Positions 1 to 13,500 of a DNA stretch of 64,000 nucleotides are shown in pieces. The DNA comes from Eledone cirrhosa. Lineage: Eukaryota. Numbering within the stretch: the stretch's first letter is position 1; each line of letters begins with the position of its first letter. The DNA lies in NCBI GenBank assembly GCA_964016885.1, contig OZ024743.1, positions 154,194,001 to 154,258,000 on the forward strand. Direction: 5' to 3'. The translations under genes and the position numbers were made by a program. The notes below the pieces were generated by a model. It ran no database searches and was not told the origin of the DNA. It saw only the letters and a list, made by a program, of their open reading frames with translations.

Positions 1-364
1 AATAACCCCTGGACGGACAAAATATAATGATTCGATGGAATAAACTAGAGGCTACAAAAGATTCAAAGAATATCCATATTAATAAGAAAGTAAGGTTAAC
101 ATATGTGGAATTTACGTATCATGATAGCTAAAGATTGACTTGAATGGCTATGTAGTTTTGGCATACAACAAAACTTGGATTAAATTTTTGAAACAACCTC
201 AAAGCATCTCTCCACATCCGTTATACAAACGATATAAAATATATCAGCAGAAATAGGAACACTATAACTACAAAGAACAAGTAAGAAATTATACACACGA
301 GAAAACCAGAAATACATTATATATGGTTAGAACTTTGGACTGATTTTGCTATAAATATTCCCCG

Positions 365-620
365 ACAGGGCCTTGAGCAAACACTCGATTTCATGTTGCT
401 CTAGTTTACTCAGCTGTAAAAAGGAGTAGTGACCTCACAGGTGCTAAGCTGTACCTGTCTTTCCCTCTCTGTTGACAACATCGGTAGCGTGTAGAGGGCA
501 GATTGGTATGCATAGGCGACTGATGATCGTCCTTAAAAACACATTGTCCGGTCTTTTTGCTCGGAGGGGACATTTCTTGGTGCAAAACCCGTGGTCATTC
601 GTGACAGAATGGTATTTTAC
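365..620 (+). mobile_element. Old SINE remnant (CORE-like central domain)
   Basis: CCTTGAGCAAACACTCGATTTCATGTTGCTCTAGTTTACTCAGCTGTAAA resembles the CORE-type SINE central domain; head not recognisable. Confidence 0.4.
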
Positions 621-1279
621 ACATTTACATGTGATATGAATAATGCGAACGATCTAAATGACCTGCTTAGACAATTATTGAAATACCTTGGATGTGTTGC
701 TCTAAACTAGGTTTTAACTAAAATGTAATCTTAAAATAAGATGATAAAATAAAAAAAAATATCTTTTGAATTAGATTGCTGCATATAAGTTGAGTTTGAA
801 GAAACAATTAGAATACTATATTGTGGTCGAAGTCAAATACATTCGTAAACAGAATACAATATTTATCATAAACTTAGAATAAATTTTGCAGTAAGTTATA
901 GATAAATATGATCTTATGGAGCACGAAGCTAATCCAATTAATTCGTTCCTCCTTATAGATGATATAGCATATTTGGTTATACAGATTGAAGCCCTAATAC
1001 AGATTGAAGCCCTAATTTGCATTGTCTATGCCTACTTGATGATTCCTGATACCTGTTTTCACCATTTCTATTTTATATATGAGGGAATACATAACAGAGA
1101 CCAGCAGCCATGGGTAGGTAGCAATACAATATGGAAAATAATCATTAATAAAAATTCTATCCATTCTGTTAAATTTCTACAGTATTACCAAATCAATAAT
1201 GTTTCAAAATTACTCAGAATTATAGGAAAATCTATCTTCTTCTTCCTTGTGATTTATGTGTAAGCTTACTGCCACCTGG

Positions 1280-1585
1280 CGTTGCCTACAAACTATGACC
1301 ATTGATTCTTCCCTTAGACATTCTCACTACATCCCTGTAGTGCATACGGAAAAGTAGTAGCTTTATCTGGAGCGATTTCCTGATCTCCTATCAAGTAATG
1401 TTACTTCGAACCTCTTCATACAAGATTCAGAATCTATACGCATCACATATCCATACCCGTGCAGCCTTATCTCTCACAAACTACATGCGGTTCATTTTCT
1501 AATCAGCTTTTCTTTCAAGTTATCCAAGCTTTGTCATTTCGCCCCATTAACCCTGCATATCAATCGGAGTACGCCATCTTAATTT
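1280..1585 (-). mobile_element. Degraded 3' end of an RTE-clade LINE ORF
   Basis: Minus strand gives ...IRLHGYGYVMRIDSESCMKR..., similar to the RTE C-terminal RLRWYGHVMR motif; stops present. Confidence 0.4.
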
Positions 1586-3384
1586 TTCCCCAGAAATAAA
1601 ATGATGATGATATCTATGTGTACATGTGAATGGGTACATGTGTATGTATTGGCTATGCTAAGTACACTGTTTACATATACTATACTTTATAGCTTATACT
1701 ATGGGCAGTGTGGTTTTAGATTGCTATTATATCAATTTTAAAAGAATGCTAGGTTTACTTCTTTTTCTTCCCTCTAATTCCTTATTCTCGGCAAACTCTG
1801 GTATATTTCGCTATTTTTCTTCCTTCCACTATTATATACTGTTTTGTTTGTACTTGGGATCTAATGTAAAGATAAAGAAAAGTGTATTCCTGGTAGGTTT
1901 ACTTAGAAACGTATCTAGGTCTAGTTTGTGTAAATGCTCAAAATTAAAAAAAATGTCCTTCAGTTCACTTCCAGAAGCAAAGGTAATTTTTATAGTCTCT
2001 TATTTTTTGTTAATTATTTTTTTCTACATTTTCAAAACTTATGAATCTTTGACAATTTGCTGTGGTTAGGTAATTTCATAATCCAAGTCCACTTTGACAC
2101 AATGTAGAATAGTTCAGTTAGGTGAACATTATGCAAACAAAATTTATTTTATGCTGTTTATCAAACTAACAAAAGGAAATAACTTTGCTCATGCCTCGAT
2201 GAGTAAGAAACTGATAGGAAAATAACATTTTAAGAAATTAACGATCTTGTCGTTTAGTGACAAAAAATCTGATCCCCAAACAATGAAGTTTATGCAATAT
2301 GCCTGAAGATAAACGCAAAGCTATTAAAGAAAATCTTTCGATTTCTTATTTATACCAAGGCCATACGTTTATAGAGTAGAAGTATGATATAGTATGACAT
2401 TGCACCTATTCTTAAATACATTTCTGATGTAAATAATATAAATTGTCATTATGTGAAACGAAAATATCTGAATGATCTAAAATGCATACAAAAATTATTA
2501 CACTAACTGCATATATATTTATTTTATGTAAGTTTTAATCAACTGAGTGTAATTCTTTCCATAAAATCTAACACATCAATATTCATGTGGGAGTATTTAT
2601 TGTCTGAAAAATGATAGTCGATACATTATCTGATGCTAGTAAACACAATGTCGCCAGGAAAACAATCTTGCATTCTATTATAGACTCCAATAAATATGAA
2701 TGGTGTAAGATATTGCGTCGCTGGATTTCATGTTAAGGAAAGTTCAAATGAAATCAACAGTGTGTAATTGAAATAGTTAATAATAGTTACACTAACGAAG
2801 AATTACCATTTCCCATGGAATATTGTAAATAAAGCGAACAAGATCATAGAATAGATTTGTCAAAAACATATATTTGGGCTTTGCTGAACATGGCAATGGT
2901 AATTATGAACAATTTCCAAATTATTAAAAATCATAAAAATAATTCTATCTAGATTCCCATGGTACAAAGTTGTGTCCAATTGTGCAGTGAAAATAAACAC
3001 TAAATCTAATGAAATAATAATTATGAGAATTTACTATTGAAAAGCGTTAGATAGCATAGTATACTCTTGACTATTCGATATACTACATATAAATAAGAAG
3101 CACCTATACCTAGACAGTACATCATTATTGCCGTGACAACGAAGAAAACAGCGTTTATTTTACAGTAGACTCAACTGATATTTGAATCAGTCTCATATGA
3201 GATAGCAACTCTTTAATGGAAAACTCCAAGTCAGCAATGCACAGTGAGCAACTAAGGCACCACATTTGGCTGCTGGTGTCCCTTTCACAGCCACGCAATT
3301 AGAATTCATTACGAACACTCTGAAGCACATTCAACAAAAGTAATTTTGGATATTCATAACAATCTTAGATATAATCATAGTTAA

Positions 3385-3605
3385 TAATTGTTTCCAAATT
3401 AAGAACAAGCCCAGACATTTGGGGAGAGTGGAAAAGCGATTATATCGACCCCAGTACCTAATTGATACTTTATCTTATCAATCATGGAAGGAAGAAAGGC
3501 AAATTTGACCACAGTGATATTTGAACTTGAATATGAAGAGATAGGGAAATACTGAGAAGGTATTTTGTCCGACGTTCTACAAAATCTACTAATTCACCAC
3601 CGTTT
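3385..3605 (-). mobile_element. Diverged tRNA-type SINE, related to the family at 3965-4150
   Basis: ATCGACCCCAGTAC...TTTATCTTATCAATCATGGAAGGAAGAAAGGCAAATTTGACC...ATTTGAACT...AATTCACCACC aligns with the other SINE copies. Confidence 0.6.
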
Positions 3606-3964
3606 TTAATGATTAATAATAGAATTTGTAACGAACTATAAATGGAATTTACTCGTGTTCATGTCTTTTCAATCATATTAGTTTTATAGATCAACTAGTA
3701 ATGTCACGAGGAAACATGGGTAACCACTATGTAGGTTCTAAACCAACGAGAAATAGCAGGCAAATAATCTTTATTAATATGACCAAATCAAAGCTTACAT
3801 GAGACACATCAACAGAAATAGTTCCTTGTAACATAGACACAAAGCTAGAAATTTGGAAGTAGGGTTCAGTCGCTTATATGGATCTAGTGCATGATCTTGG
3901 AATAATGAAATACAAAGTTGAGTGACAGAATTGGAAAAGAGAACATAGAACAAGAATAAATATT

Positions 3965-4150
3965 TGTTTCTACTTTTGGCACAAGGCAAGCAAATACCCA
4001 GTGCATTGCTGGTACTTTATTTTATCGACACCGTAAGGATGAAAGGCAAAGATTACCTCGGCGGGATTTGAACTCAGAATGGCAAGTGCCGTAACTATGC
4101 GTCAAAGCATGGCGTCCGACTCTCTACCGATACTGCCAATCCCGCCTTTT
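3965..4150 (-). mobile_element. Full-length tRNA-derived SINE (~186 bp) with 15-bp TSD
   Basis: Minus strand: A-box-like TGGCAGTATCGGTAG, B-box-like GAGTTCAAATCC, central GCCTTTCATCCTTACGG..TCGATAAAATAAAGTACCAG domain. ACAAGAATAAATATT is duplicated at 3950-3964 and 4151-4165. Confidence 0.85.
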
Positions 4151-6186
4151 ACAAGAATAAATATTGCAAGACATTTTGTCAATTACAACAATGATTTTGT
4201 CAATCCAACTTAATAGCTATGTGGTAATGGTTTAAGAGCTTTTTTAAGCATGGCAATTAGGTTTGAGACTCAGTTTGTATACCTACCTAATACTTGAGTT
4301 TAATATAAAAACTAAATTAATAGCATCAACTATTTATCTAAATAATTTTCTAAACAGTAAGGTTTAAAGCAATGAACATGAAGATCTCTAGAGCTAATTG
4401 AATTATGCAATAGGTAAGAAGCTATCAAATAAAAAGACAACGCAAAAGAATCTATTCACTGAACATGGAATTTGAAATTTATAAATATATTATTTTTCTA
4501 TCAATATATACAGTATATTGTTTATGTTCTGTCATGTTTTTATATCTATTTGTTATTTATATGATTAACTATACACAAAAGAAATCATTCATCGATTTAA
4601 CAGTTCAAGGATAAAGATTTACAGTTTACTGTCAGTGCTTTTCTTTCCTTTACATTTTTTTTCTGTAAAGAAAATAACATATCCCATATCCCAATGTTAC
4701 TGGATACCAAACTGCCTACCAAGGCATTTGCTCTGCATGCAACCTGAAGACAATAGGAAAATATAAAAATTCTAACATAAAATTAAGAGTCATTGAAGGC
4801 ATTTGATATATTTGAAAAGGGCATTGAAATCTGGCATAATTTCAGGAAAAGTTAAAAAGAAACAGAACATTTTGTTACTTGAATGTTTATCAGTAAGAAA
4901 AGAGGGAATGCCTTCACAAAAAAGTCAAACAAACTTCAATTGAATTTAGAATACAGAAAAGAAAACCATTTTCTTTTCTGATATTTTAAAAACAGGATCC
5001 CGCTATTGAATTTATACCTAGCATGAGTTCCTTGGATAAAGATAAATCCTGAGGTGAATTAGCCATGGGCTACAGGCATGTTGTTACATAATACCTGTAG
5101 TCAGTGTATCAAGATGGCAACTATTTACGTGCAAACCATTGTTAAAGATTGAAAGAGAAGCCCATGATAATTGACTATCTTTGAAACAGAGATATTTATT
5201 AAGTGCATAATACATTTGAACTGAATACACTTCTAATGTGATTGGCTATTTTTCGTATTTTTCTTCCGTGTAACAAGATAAAGAAGAATATATGCTTAGT
5301 TAGGACTTTACATCAAAAGAAAATTACAACAACTAAAGGGGGTCTTTGAGAAAATTATTCTGGAATATTCACTGCCAAATAAAGGTTCTGCAGCAGCATT
5401 ACATTTTCTTTGACAGATAACAGTACATAACCAAAATTAGTTCAACCCTTTAAAATGAGAAAAGTGGACGTTAAATATTCTTGATGAGGATGATAATAAA
5501 CCGACTCATAATCACCATATAATGTTCTGCATCATTCACAGTAGTGAGTCAAACTATATACGTTGAAAAGCAGAAAATGAAAGATTCTTGCAAATACAAA
5601 CCCTCACTGTTCTGATATTAACCGAAGGTAGTTTTAATATAATATTACAATTCTAATATAATTGAAAATAGGAAAATAAATATTCTATATATAAGTAAAT
5701 GTATAATGATTTCCTCATATCGTTAATTCTATAGTTTTTCTGTTTAGTTTTGGAATATGCATTTGTAGACCCTACTAACTCCTCAATGTCTGTAACACTA
5801 TCCACTAAACCTTTCATCCACACCATATGACACATCCCCTGTGCCATACATGGGTCAATGCCAATTTAATCACAAATCGACCACAGTTACATTTTAGTAA
5901 CTGATTTCATCAGTAAAAATCATCCACATATTACTGAGCCTCAACCATGTAGTTAATTGTCCCATTGGCCCTATAAAGCCATACCCTCATTCACAATTCT
6001 TTCGTACCATGTTTTTACCGCTCAACTCTACCATATTCCTTTCAATTGTATTCCATTAATTCCCACCACATTTATATTTATCACGCATTGGATCAGTTTG
6101 CCCCTCGCATAGTTTTTTATTTGAAACCACACCGTAAAAGAATGGATTGATTTATTACTTCAGCTTCATTTTTTTATGCTTTACGC

Positions 6187-6224
<38 letters not shown>

Positions 6225-6229
<5 letters not shown>

Positions 6230-6430
6230 AACCAGTAAGACCCCGACAGCTGAGCTCAAGCCGTTTCGACGGCTAATTCTGGACAGAATTAGCCGTCCAG
6301 AATTAGCCGTCGAAACGGCTTGAGCTCAGCTGTCGGGGTCTTACTGGTTCCTATTACCCACTCTACTACCTCAAGTATTGAGTACTTTGGTGCGTTATGG
6401 TCCACCTGGTTCCTTACCACATTTCCTTCG

Positions 6431-6432
<2 letters not shown>
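6225..6432. repeat. Fold-back insertion in (TA)n: perfect 60-bp inverted repeat plus a 78-bp tail
   Basis: 6225-6284 is the exact reverse complement of 6295-6354. Tail 6356-6432 recurs as an exact reverse complement at ~60148-60224; a diverged relative lies at 58879-59046. Confidence 0.9.
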
Positions 6433-6477
<45 letters not shown>

Positions 6478-6483
<6 letters not shown>

Positions 6484-6632
6484 TTGCGAGGTTTTTGATA
6501 TGAAATCGTGTGTCGAAACAAATATTGTTATACTTGGGGAGGGTCATATTGTTGTAATAATATTGCCAGAATTAATAACAGAACACACTCACTATTTGGT
6601 TGGTTTTCGCTTCTGTATCTTTTATATCAGTT
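6478..6632 (+). repeat. Dispersed repeat (probable PLE terminus) next to (TA)n
   Basis: GTGTGTCGAAACAAATATTGTTATACTTGGGGAGGGTCATATTG...CACACTCACTATTTGGTTGGTTTTCGCT is shared, in both orientations, with 52967-53182. Confidence 0.75.
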
Positions 6633-6639
6633 AATTCAT

Positions 6640-8550
6640 TCGGTCCTCAATGTTTACCATTGACTGACCAACGGTCAAAAATACAGATATAATATAGATA
6701 TAAACCCATATATATATAGTCTAACAAAATTCTTTCGTTGCACATCTGCAACATCGTCAGTGGTACTATTATGTTCCTCCTGTTGTATTGTATATTTATG
6801 CCATCTTTATTTAATCTGTTTATTTATACTGTTTCTTCTTCTTCTCTGCGCATGCCTTTGCGTGTGTGTTTAGTGTTTTGATGTGTGTTCGCGTTTGGGT
6901 GATTGTGTTTTGTTTATTGTATTCTTTCTTAGTTTACTAGTGTGTTTGTTGTTATTGTACTTGTGTTTGTTGTTATTGTACTTGTGTATATATTTATTTA
7001 TTTATTTATTTATTTACTTATTTATTTACTTATTTATTTACATTTCTCTTAGGTCAATATTGTTTGTTTGGGCGTTGCTGTTATTCCATTCATTTTTTCT
7101 GTTTTGCTATGGCCTTCTAAGTTCTATTTCACTTGCCTTTCTGATTTGCCTATCTGTTGGATCATTTCTATGTTTAGATATTATTTTAATTTATATGATG
7201 GCTATGTTACCGTCATGTTGTTGTCTGGCATGTTCGTATAGTACTGAACCATCTTTTCGTCTTTTCAGGTCCCCCCCAGTGTTGGTCTATCCTTTCACCT
7301 ATCCTACGAGCTGTCTCACCTATATATGTTGTTGTCATGTTTCTGCAAGTACCCTCTGTACATATTATGCTATAGGCTACGTTTCTCGTTTTACAGTTTA
7401 TCCGGGGGTTTACTTTACATATAATACATTTCCTATTAGTACAGTGGGTTTTCTTAAAACGGTATGTTTTGCTAATCAGGGATTTTCTGCCACCTTAATT
7501 TTTAAGTGGGTCTTTCTCAGGGTCTTTCTACACTGGTTAGCTAATTTCCCCCAGGGGTACTTTCACGAACATGGCACTCTGGGATCTCTGGTTGTCGTAC
7601 CATGAAGTGGCTTTCCCTATATTATGTTAAGTCCTATATAAGCTATTCCATGATTTGCTCCTGTATAATGGGAACATTCCTTTCATGTCCACTTCTATGA
7701 GGGTCTTATCCTTCTCTGTGGCTCCTTTGTAAACCCTGATTCTGACTCGTTGACTGTAGCCACAGAACTGCATGCGGTTGATGAAGTGTTGGATGTGTCT
7801 TTCCATTTCATTTGGGTCGCACATGCGGGACACGTTCTTCATCACTCGTACCAAGTCTGCGATCAGAATATTAAACTTAGCACTACTGGACATTGCTGAG
7901 ATTTTGAGTATCAGGTATTTGGAAGCCGTGAGTTTAGCATAGTGTGAGTGGAGAATATGGGCCCTCTCGTCTATAGTGTTAATCCGGAGTTCCATGTCTA
8001 TTTAGGTAGTCTACTGTTAGGGTGTTTGGAAGGGTAGTCGATAATTACAGTTATACTTTGGTGTATGGGACTAGCTATCTGTTGAATGCTTTCCATTGTG
8101 TTACATTCTAAATCATACTTGTTAGTTCTCTCTTGTGGGGGTGTCCTTATTACTATATTAATGTCGTCTACGTAACGAGAGTACATGATGAGCTCTATGT
8201 AGCTCTCATCCAGATCTTTGATTCCCCTTTCCCACCATAACATAAAAAGGTTGGCAACGTCACCAGCTATGCTGACGCCAATGGCTGCTCCCTCATTTTG
8301 GGTGTAGATCTTCTCGTTGTATTTGAATATGTGGCCCTTTAGGGTAGTTTTAATACTAGCCCCTATTGCATGCGCGAATATTTTTCTTAACTGATCATTG
8401 TTTTGGGTGGTCCGTATGGCTTTGGTCCACCCAATCCACCTACCCATGTGAGTCTTTTTGCTATTGAGGTTTTGGTGGGCGGTCTACCTCAGGCAAATAC
8501 AGGATCTCCTACTTCCTCTCAATGGTTATATGCCCCATAATCAAGATGTC
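6640..8550 (-). mobile_element. Decayed Penelope-like element (RT + C-terminal GIY-YIG + 3' terminal region)
   Basis: ORF 7998-8447 has YTQNEGAAIG...ANLFM...RYVDD; thumb-like region in 7627-7995. Manual translation of ~7280-7440 gives KCIICKVNPRINCKTRNVAYSIICTEGTCRNMTTTYIGETARRIGER (GIY-YIG). Frameshifted. Confidence 0.9.
6722..6765 (-). ncRNA. Minimal type I hammerhead-like motif at PLE 3' end
   Basis: Minus strand TACCA-CTGACGA-T-GTTGCA gatg TGCAAC-GAAA-GAATTT-TGTTA; stem II perfect, stems I and III imperfect. Confidence 0.55.
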
Positions 8551-8554
8551 CCCA

Positions 8555-8710
8555 GATGTATGTCACAATACAGAGGACCTCCTCAGCAGAATCAATGAAT
8601 GCAACAAAAACAAAAACCTATCTAACTAAATAATAGGCAGTATGGACGTGGTATCACTATGCCCATCCATTAACATTGATTTTGCTGTGGAAAGATGTGT
8701 GGAGATGATC
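8555..8710 (+). pseudogene. Inverted upstream RT fragment of the same PLE
   Basis: Plus strand reads VCHNTEDLLSRINECNK...[27 protein letters not shown] (RT motif A region), opposite to the adjacent RT. Confidence 0.75.
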
Positions 8711-8711
8711 G

Positions 8712-9030
<319 letters not shown>

Positions 9031-9074
9031 TTAAAGTTATGAAACGAAAGGAGCAGTGTGGTTACTAAAAACAA

Positions 9075-9975
9075 GGTTTAGGATGGTGGTTAGGAGAAAG
9101 GAAGAAAGCAATTTCCCTCGTCATCTGTAAATGTATCCCGAACCGATGTTTCGGTGCTGAATTACAGGACAGCGGTGCAGATCGGGTGCGCCCGAGGCCT
9201 TTTATTAATCAAAAGGCCAGGTGGAAAAGGAGAGAGAAAGAGAGAAAAAGTAGAGAGAAAAGGAAAGAGAGGGAAAGGTGGAAGGACAGGGGGGGGGGTG
9301 CATTAGGAGAGAGGAAGAAGGGGGAAAATAGTAAAGGAATAGAAAATAAAAAGTGTACAGATCCCATCGTGGGAAGTCACAGGTGAAAGAAACATGCAAA
9401 AAAGTAATCGTGGAAAAGTTGGGAAAGTAAGTTGTGGCCAACCTGGGAGACTTTAGCCAGGTGGTCAGCTACTACTCAGATCTGGTATAATCGTGCTGCC
9501 TCTCACATAGACAGTACAAAGTGAGAGAGAGACACGGGCCACCAAAAGTGAGGAGGAGGAGGGAAAGGGAGATAATCCAGAAGGGTTTTTTTACGTCGGT
9601 GGACAGAGAAGCCACATCGGCACGTGTAAACATGCCAACAATCAAAACCGCGGTTAGTCTTTTGCATGTTTCTTTCACCTGTATCTTCCGACGATGGGAT
9701 CTGTACACTTTTTTTCTTTTATTGCTTTCCTATTTTTCCCCTTCTTCCTCTCCCCTCATCTGTTCACCCCTGTTATTCCTCCTTTCCCTCTCTTTCCTTT
9801 TCTCTGTCCTTTTATTCTCTCTTTCTCTCTCCTTTTTGATTAATAAAAGGCCTCGGGCGCACCCAAACTACACCGATGTCCTGTAGTTCAGCGCCGAAAG
9901 ATCGGTTCGGGATTCATTTACAGCTCACGATGGAAACTCCTTTCTTCTCCTGTTCTGTCCTAACCACCATCATAA

Positions 9976-9979
<4 letters not shown>
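9075..9979. repeat. Diverged ~335-bp inverted repeat pair flanked by (TA)n
   Basis: 9075-9412 is the reverse complement of 9648-9979 (e.g. GTGTACAGATCCCATCG / CGATGGGATCTGTACAC; GGGTGCGCCCGAGGCC / GGCCTCGGGCGCACCC). Confidence 0.85.
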
Positions 9980-10040
<61 letters not shown>

Positions 10041-10100
10041 GTATAGATATATATAATAATAATAATAATGAGGGAAGCATAATAATAATAATAATAATAA

Positions 10101-10193
10101 TTGTTTCTACTTAAGGCACAAGGCCAGCAATTGCCCAGTGCATTACTGGTACTTTATTTTATCGACCCCGTAAGGATGAAAGGCAAAGTCAAC
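10101..10193 (-). mobile_element. 5'-truncated SINE within (AAT)n
   Basis: TTGTTTCTACTTAAGGCACAAGGCCAGCAATT...CCCCGTAAGGATGAAAGGCAAAGTCAAC, with (AAT)n on both sides. Confidence 0.85.
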
Positions 10194-10532
10194 TAATAAT
10201 AATAATAATAATAATAATGATAATAATAATGATTTCTTTATTGGCCACACGTGCTGACATCAAGAAAAACTTGACAGACGGCACAGGACGGTACAGGAGG
10301 GTGCCATGTGGGGTTGTGCGTGTAAATATTTTTATTATTTATATAAGAAAAGAAAAAAAAAGGACTTAGAAACATATATATATAAACAATAAAAATGAAA
10401 ATTGAAACAATGAAAAATTCCCCAATAGGGGGGAAATCTCCGGGGGTTACTCGTGGCGAAAACCAGACAAAAGACCACGGCCACCCTGACCACCAGGGCA
10501 AGCGCCCTCTCTCAATTTTTCCATTTCTCAAA

Positions 10533-13500
10533 CTACAGACTTATATTCACTCGGACAATTCTCGCTACATTCACCCACCTTTCAACAAACTTGCGAGAAG
10601 GCAGCACTTGCCTCTCCACCCTGATTTTCCTCTTCAAATGAAACTTGATAAAGTTAATTAGGGATGGCCTAAGGGGAAAAGTGTCTGTCTTTAACCCTTT
10701 TAACCTTGTCCAACACACAATCTCTTTCGCCTTGGCCACCAGGCAGATGAAAACCGCCTGCCCTTCCTCCTCGAAGGAAGATGGTGAGACCATCTACACA
10801 ATGGACTCAGTCGACAACAGGATCAGTCCTACACTCGACAGCAACTGTTCGACATAGCTCCAGAAGTCAGCAATGCTCGGGCACTGAACGAGTGCGTGCA
10901 CGACGGTTTCGTCGCTCTGCACGCATCTCGGACAGGCTCGGCTGACGGCACTTCCGTGCCTGTAGATCATATCTCGAACCGGCAGCGCTCCCCGGTAACA
11001 CTGCCAGGCCAGGGATTTTTGGAAGTTATCCATAGTCCCCGGGGCTGAAAGTTCTCCGGAAGAGAGCAAACAGCTGATCTTCGACGAGCAGGATCTCTCC
11101 GAGAATGTCGTCGCACTTCCCCTCCACTAGTCATCTATAGAACGTCGAGGTGGATGTTCTACCGATACTGGTGCCCAGCTGGCAGAGGGCAGTGAGCGCC
11201 TGGAGACTTTCCAGTTTCCAACCGCTATCCCTCGGTCTTTTCCTGACCCAGGACTGCAGCTCCGGGAAAACGGTGGGAAAACGCTGTGGGAAAACGTGCC
11301 TGGCGAACGGCGACCACACCTGTTTACCATCAAGGAAGCACCTGAGATGTCGCAGCCTCAGCGCATGTTTGCGCATCATCAGCCATGGCATGCCCAGTCC
11401 TCCACGCAAGAGGAGTTGACAGCAAATGGATCGTCTGACCATGGGAGCGCGTCCCTTCCACAAAAAGCGGAAGAGGAGGCGCTCCATTTTGGTGAGAGTT
11501 AGGCTGGAGCAAGGGACGACGGTGAGGCGGTAGCAGATGACGGATGTGATGTACGCATCGCCACCTCCGCCCGGCCTTTCAGGGACAGCTTCCTCTCGGC
11601 CCATTTCTGGGTGAGGGAGGCCACCCTGCTCGTCACCATGTTCCAGTTTTTCTCCATCTGGAGGTCCGGTCCGAACCAGACCCTGAGCAATTTAACCGGT
11701 CCTCTGTCCAACGCCCTACGACGCTGTCGGACGACATGGACTTTCCTCTCCAGGTGCCGAGCTGCAAGCCCACCGACTTTTCCTGGTTTATCTTTGCTCC
11801 TGTCACCGCTTCGTATTACTTGAGAGCGATGCCGAGCATCTGGACGTGTCTGGTGCTTGACGCCACCACGGTGACGTCGTCAGCGTAAGCCGACTCGGAT
11901 TTCCCGCATCCTAGTTCGCGTGAGACGCCCCTCATTGCCCCCAGTTTGTGCAGTAACGCCTCGAGAGCCAATACGTATAAGAGGGAAGAGAGGGGACAAA
12001 CTTGGCGGACTGAGCGCATGATGCTGAACGTTTGTGACAGGTGACCGTTCACTCTCACAACTGAGCAGATGTCGCTGTACATTGCTGCGATCCAACCCCT
12101 GAAAACGGGCCCGAAACCGGCTGCTTCGAGGACCGCCGCCAGGTACCGATGGTCGACCCTATCGAATGCTTTGGATTGATCCAAGTTGATCAGGGCCCCA
12201 CCCGTGCCAGGTTCATTAACCACACTCTCTAAGATGTATCGCATGAGGTGGAGGTTGTCGTGTATGGATCAGTCCGGAATGGCGCATGTCTGCGCCTCTC
12301 CCACCAGCCTTGACACACGCGCCAACCTCGTTGCTAACGCCTTGGCAAATTTCTTGAAATCTGCGTTTAGCAGGGTTATGGGCCTGAAATTATCGATAAC
12401 ATCCCCCTTGTTCGGGTCTTTTCTCAGCAGCGCCACTGCGCCCGCGTTCACAAAAGTGGTAATGCTCCCGTTCCGCTGACAGTTGCAGTAGACGTCTGCC
12501 AAGAGGTCACCGAACAAGTCTGTTATAAATGCATAACTCTCGTAGGGCAGAGCATACAAACCTGACGATTTACTCCTTCTGCAGTTCGCCATCACTTCCC
12601 GTATTTCACCTGCTGTTATTGGCTTTTCGCAACACTGCGTTGCGGTCGTCGAGAGCCGAGGCAGTACGTCGAGATATGCACTGAAGTCCATGCCCCGATC
12701 CAGGCCGCCGCCTCTCCCGAACAGTTCAGCAAAGTGCTGCTGAAAAGCTTCCCACATCCGCTCGGGTTCGAGCATCACGCACCCGTTTTGGTCAGACAAA
12801 GACCGAATTGTGGCTGTTGCCAGGTCGCGCCTCTGGCACCCGGGCCTTTTGGACGGCTTTTGTCCGCTCGTGCATCAGAGCACGCGCTCTAGCTCTGACA
12901 ACGCAGCCTTCGTGTTTTGCGTTGAAGCATTGGTCGAGTGCCAATCTCGCCTCAAGCACGTCGGTTGCGATGCCTGTCCTAAACGCCTCTTCTAGCTTTC
13001 TGACTAGCTCTCCCTCTACTCTATTTTCCTCTAACACTACTCCTTTGCTAAACCTAATCGACTCTGCTTTAATTGCCCTTTTCAGGGCGAAACACCACCT
13101 GTTGTTGATGACCGCTCCCGTCAAAGCCCGCTTAACTAATACGCTAATCCGGTCTCTGTAGGCTTTGCGCGCCGGGAAAGACGGTGTTTAGCTTCCAGTA
13201 ACCAGGCCCTTGTCTATGAAGTCTGTCTATGTCGATCTCTCAGATCACAAATTTGTGGTCTGTGTAGTCGACTATTTTAAATTGTGGACAACTTATACTA
13301 GCCTTATCTAGTTCTCTACGAAATACCCTATCGACATACGATGTGGATGACCCGATCCGGTTTGTCCATGTCCACATTGGCCCATACGGGTGATCTAGAC
13401 GATACCTGTCAGACAGTTCAGAACGTCTGAGCAGGTTGGTGAGGCTCTTGCACCCTCCTTCCCTATCCACTAGCCCCACACAATCCCAGCGTGCATCCAA

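Noticed and set aside
1-330. Possible R4/Dong-like RT scraps
   Set aside because: Only a weak PG.DKI-like motif; too degraded to support.
3965-4150. tRNA gene (A and B boxes)
   Set aside because: No cloverleaf; it is the head of a multi-copy SINE with TSDs.
4345-5630. Possible host exons (AG...GTAAG at 4358-4412; AG-GATCCC...TGA at 4996-5052)
   Set aside because: The first has stops in all frames; the second is 18 codons with no recognisable homology. RNA-seq is needed.
6883-7605. 240-aa hydrophobic plus-strand ORF resembling a membrane protein
   Set aside because: Antisense of the PLE endonuclease and its low-complexity 3' UTR.
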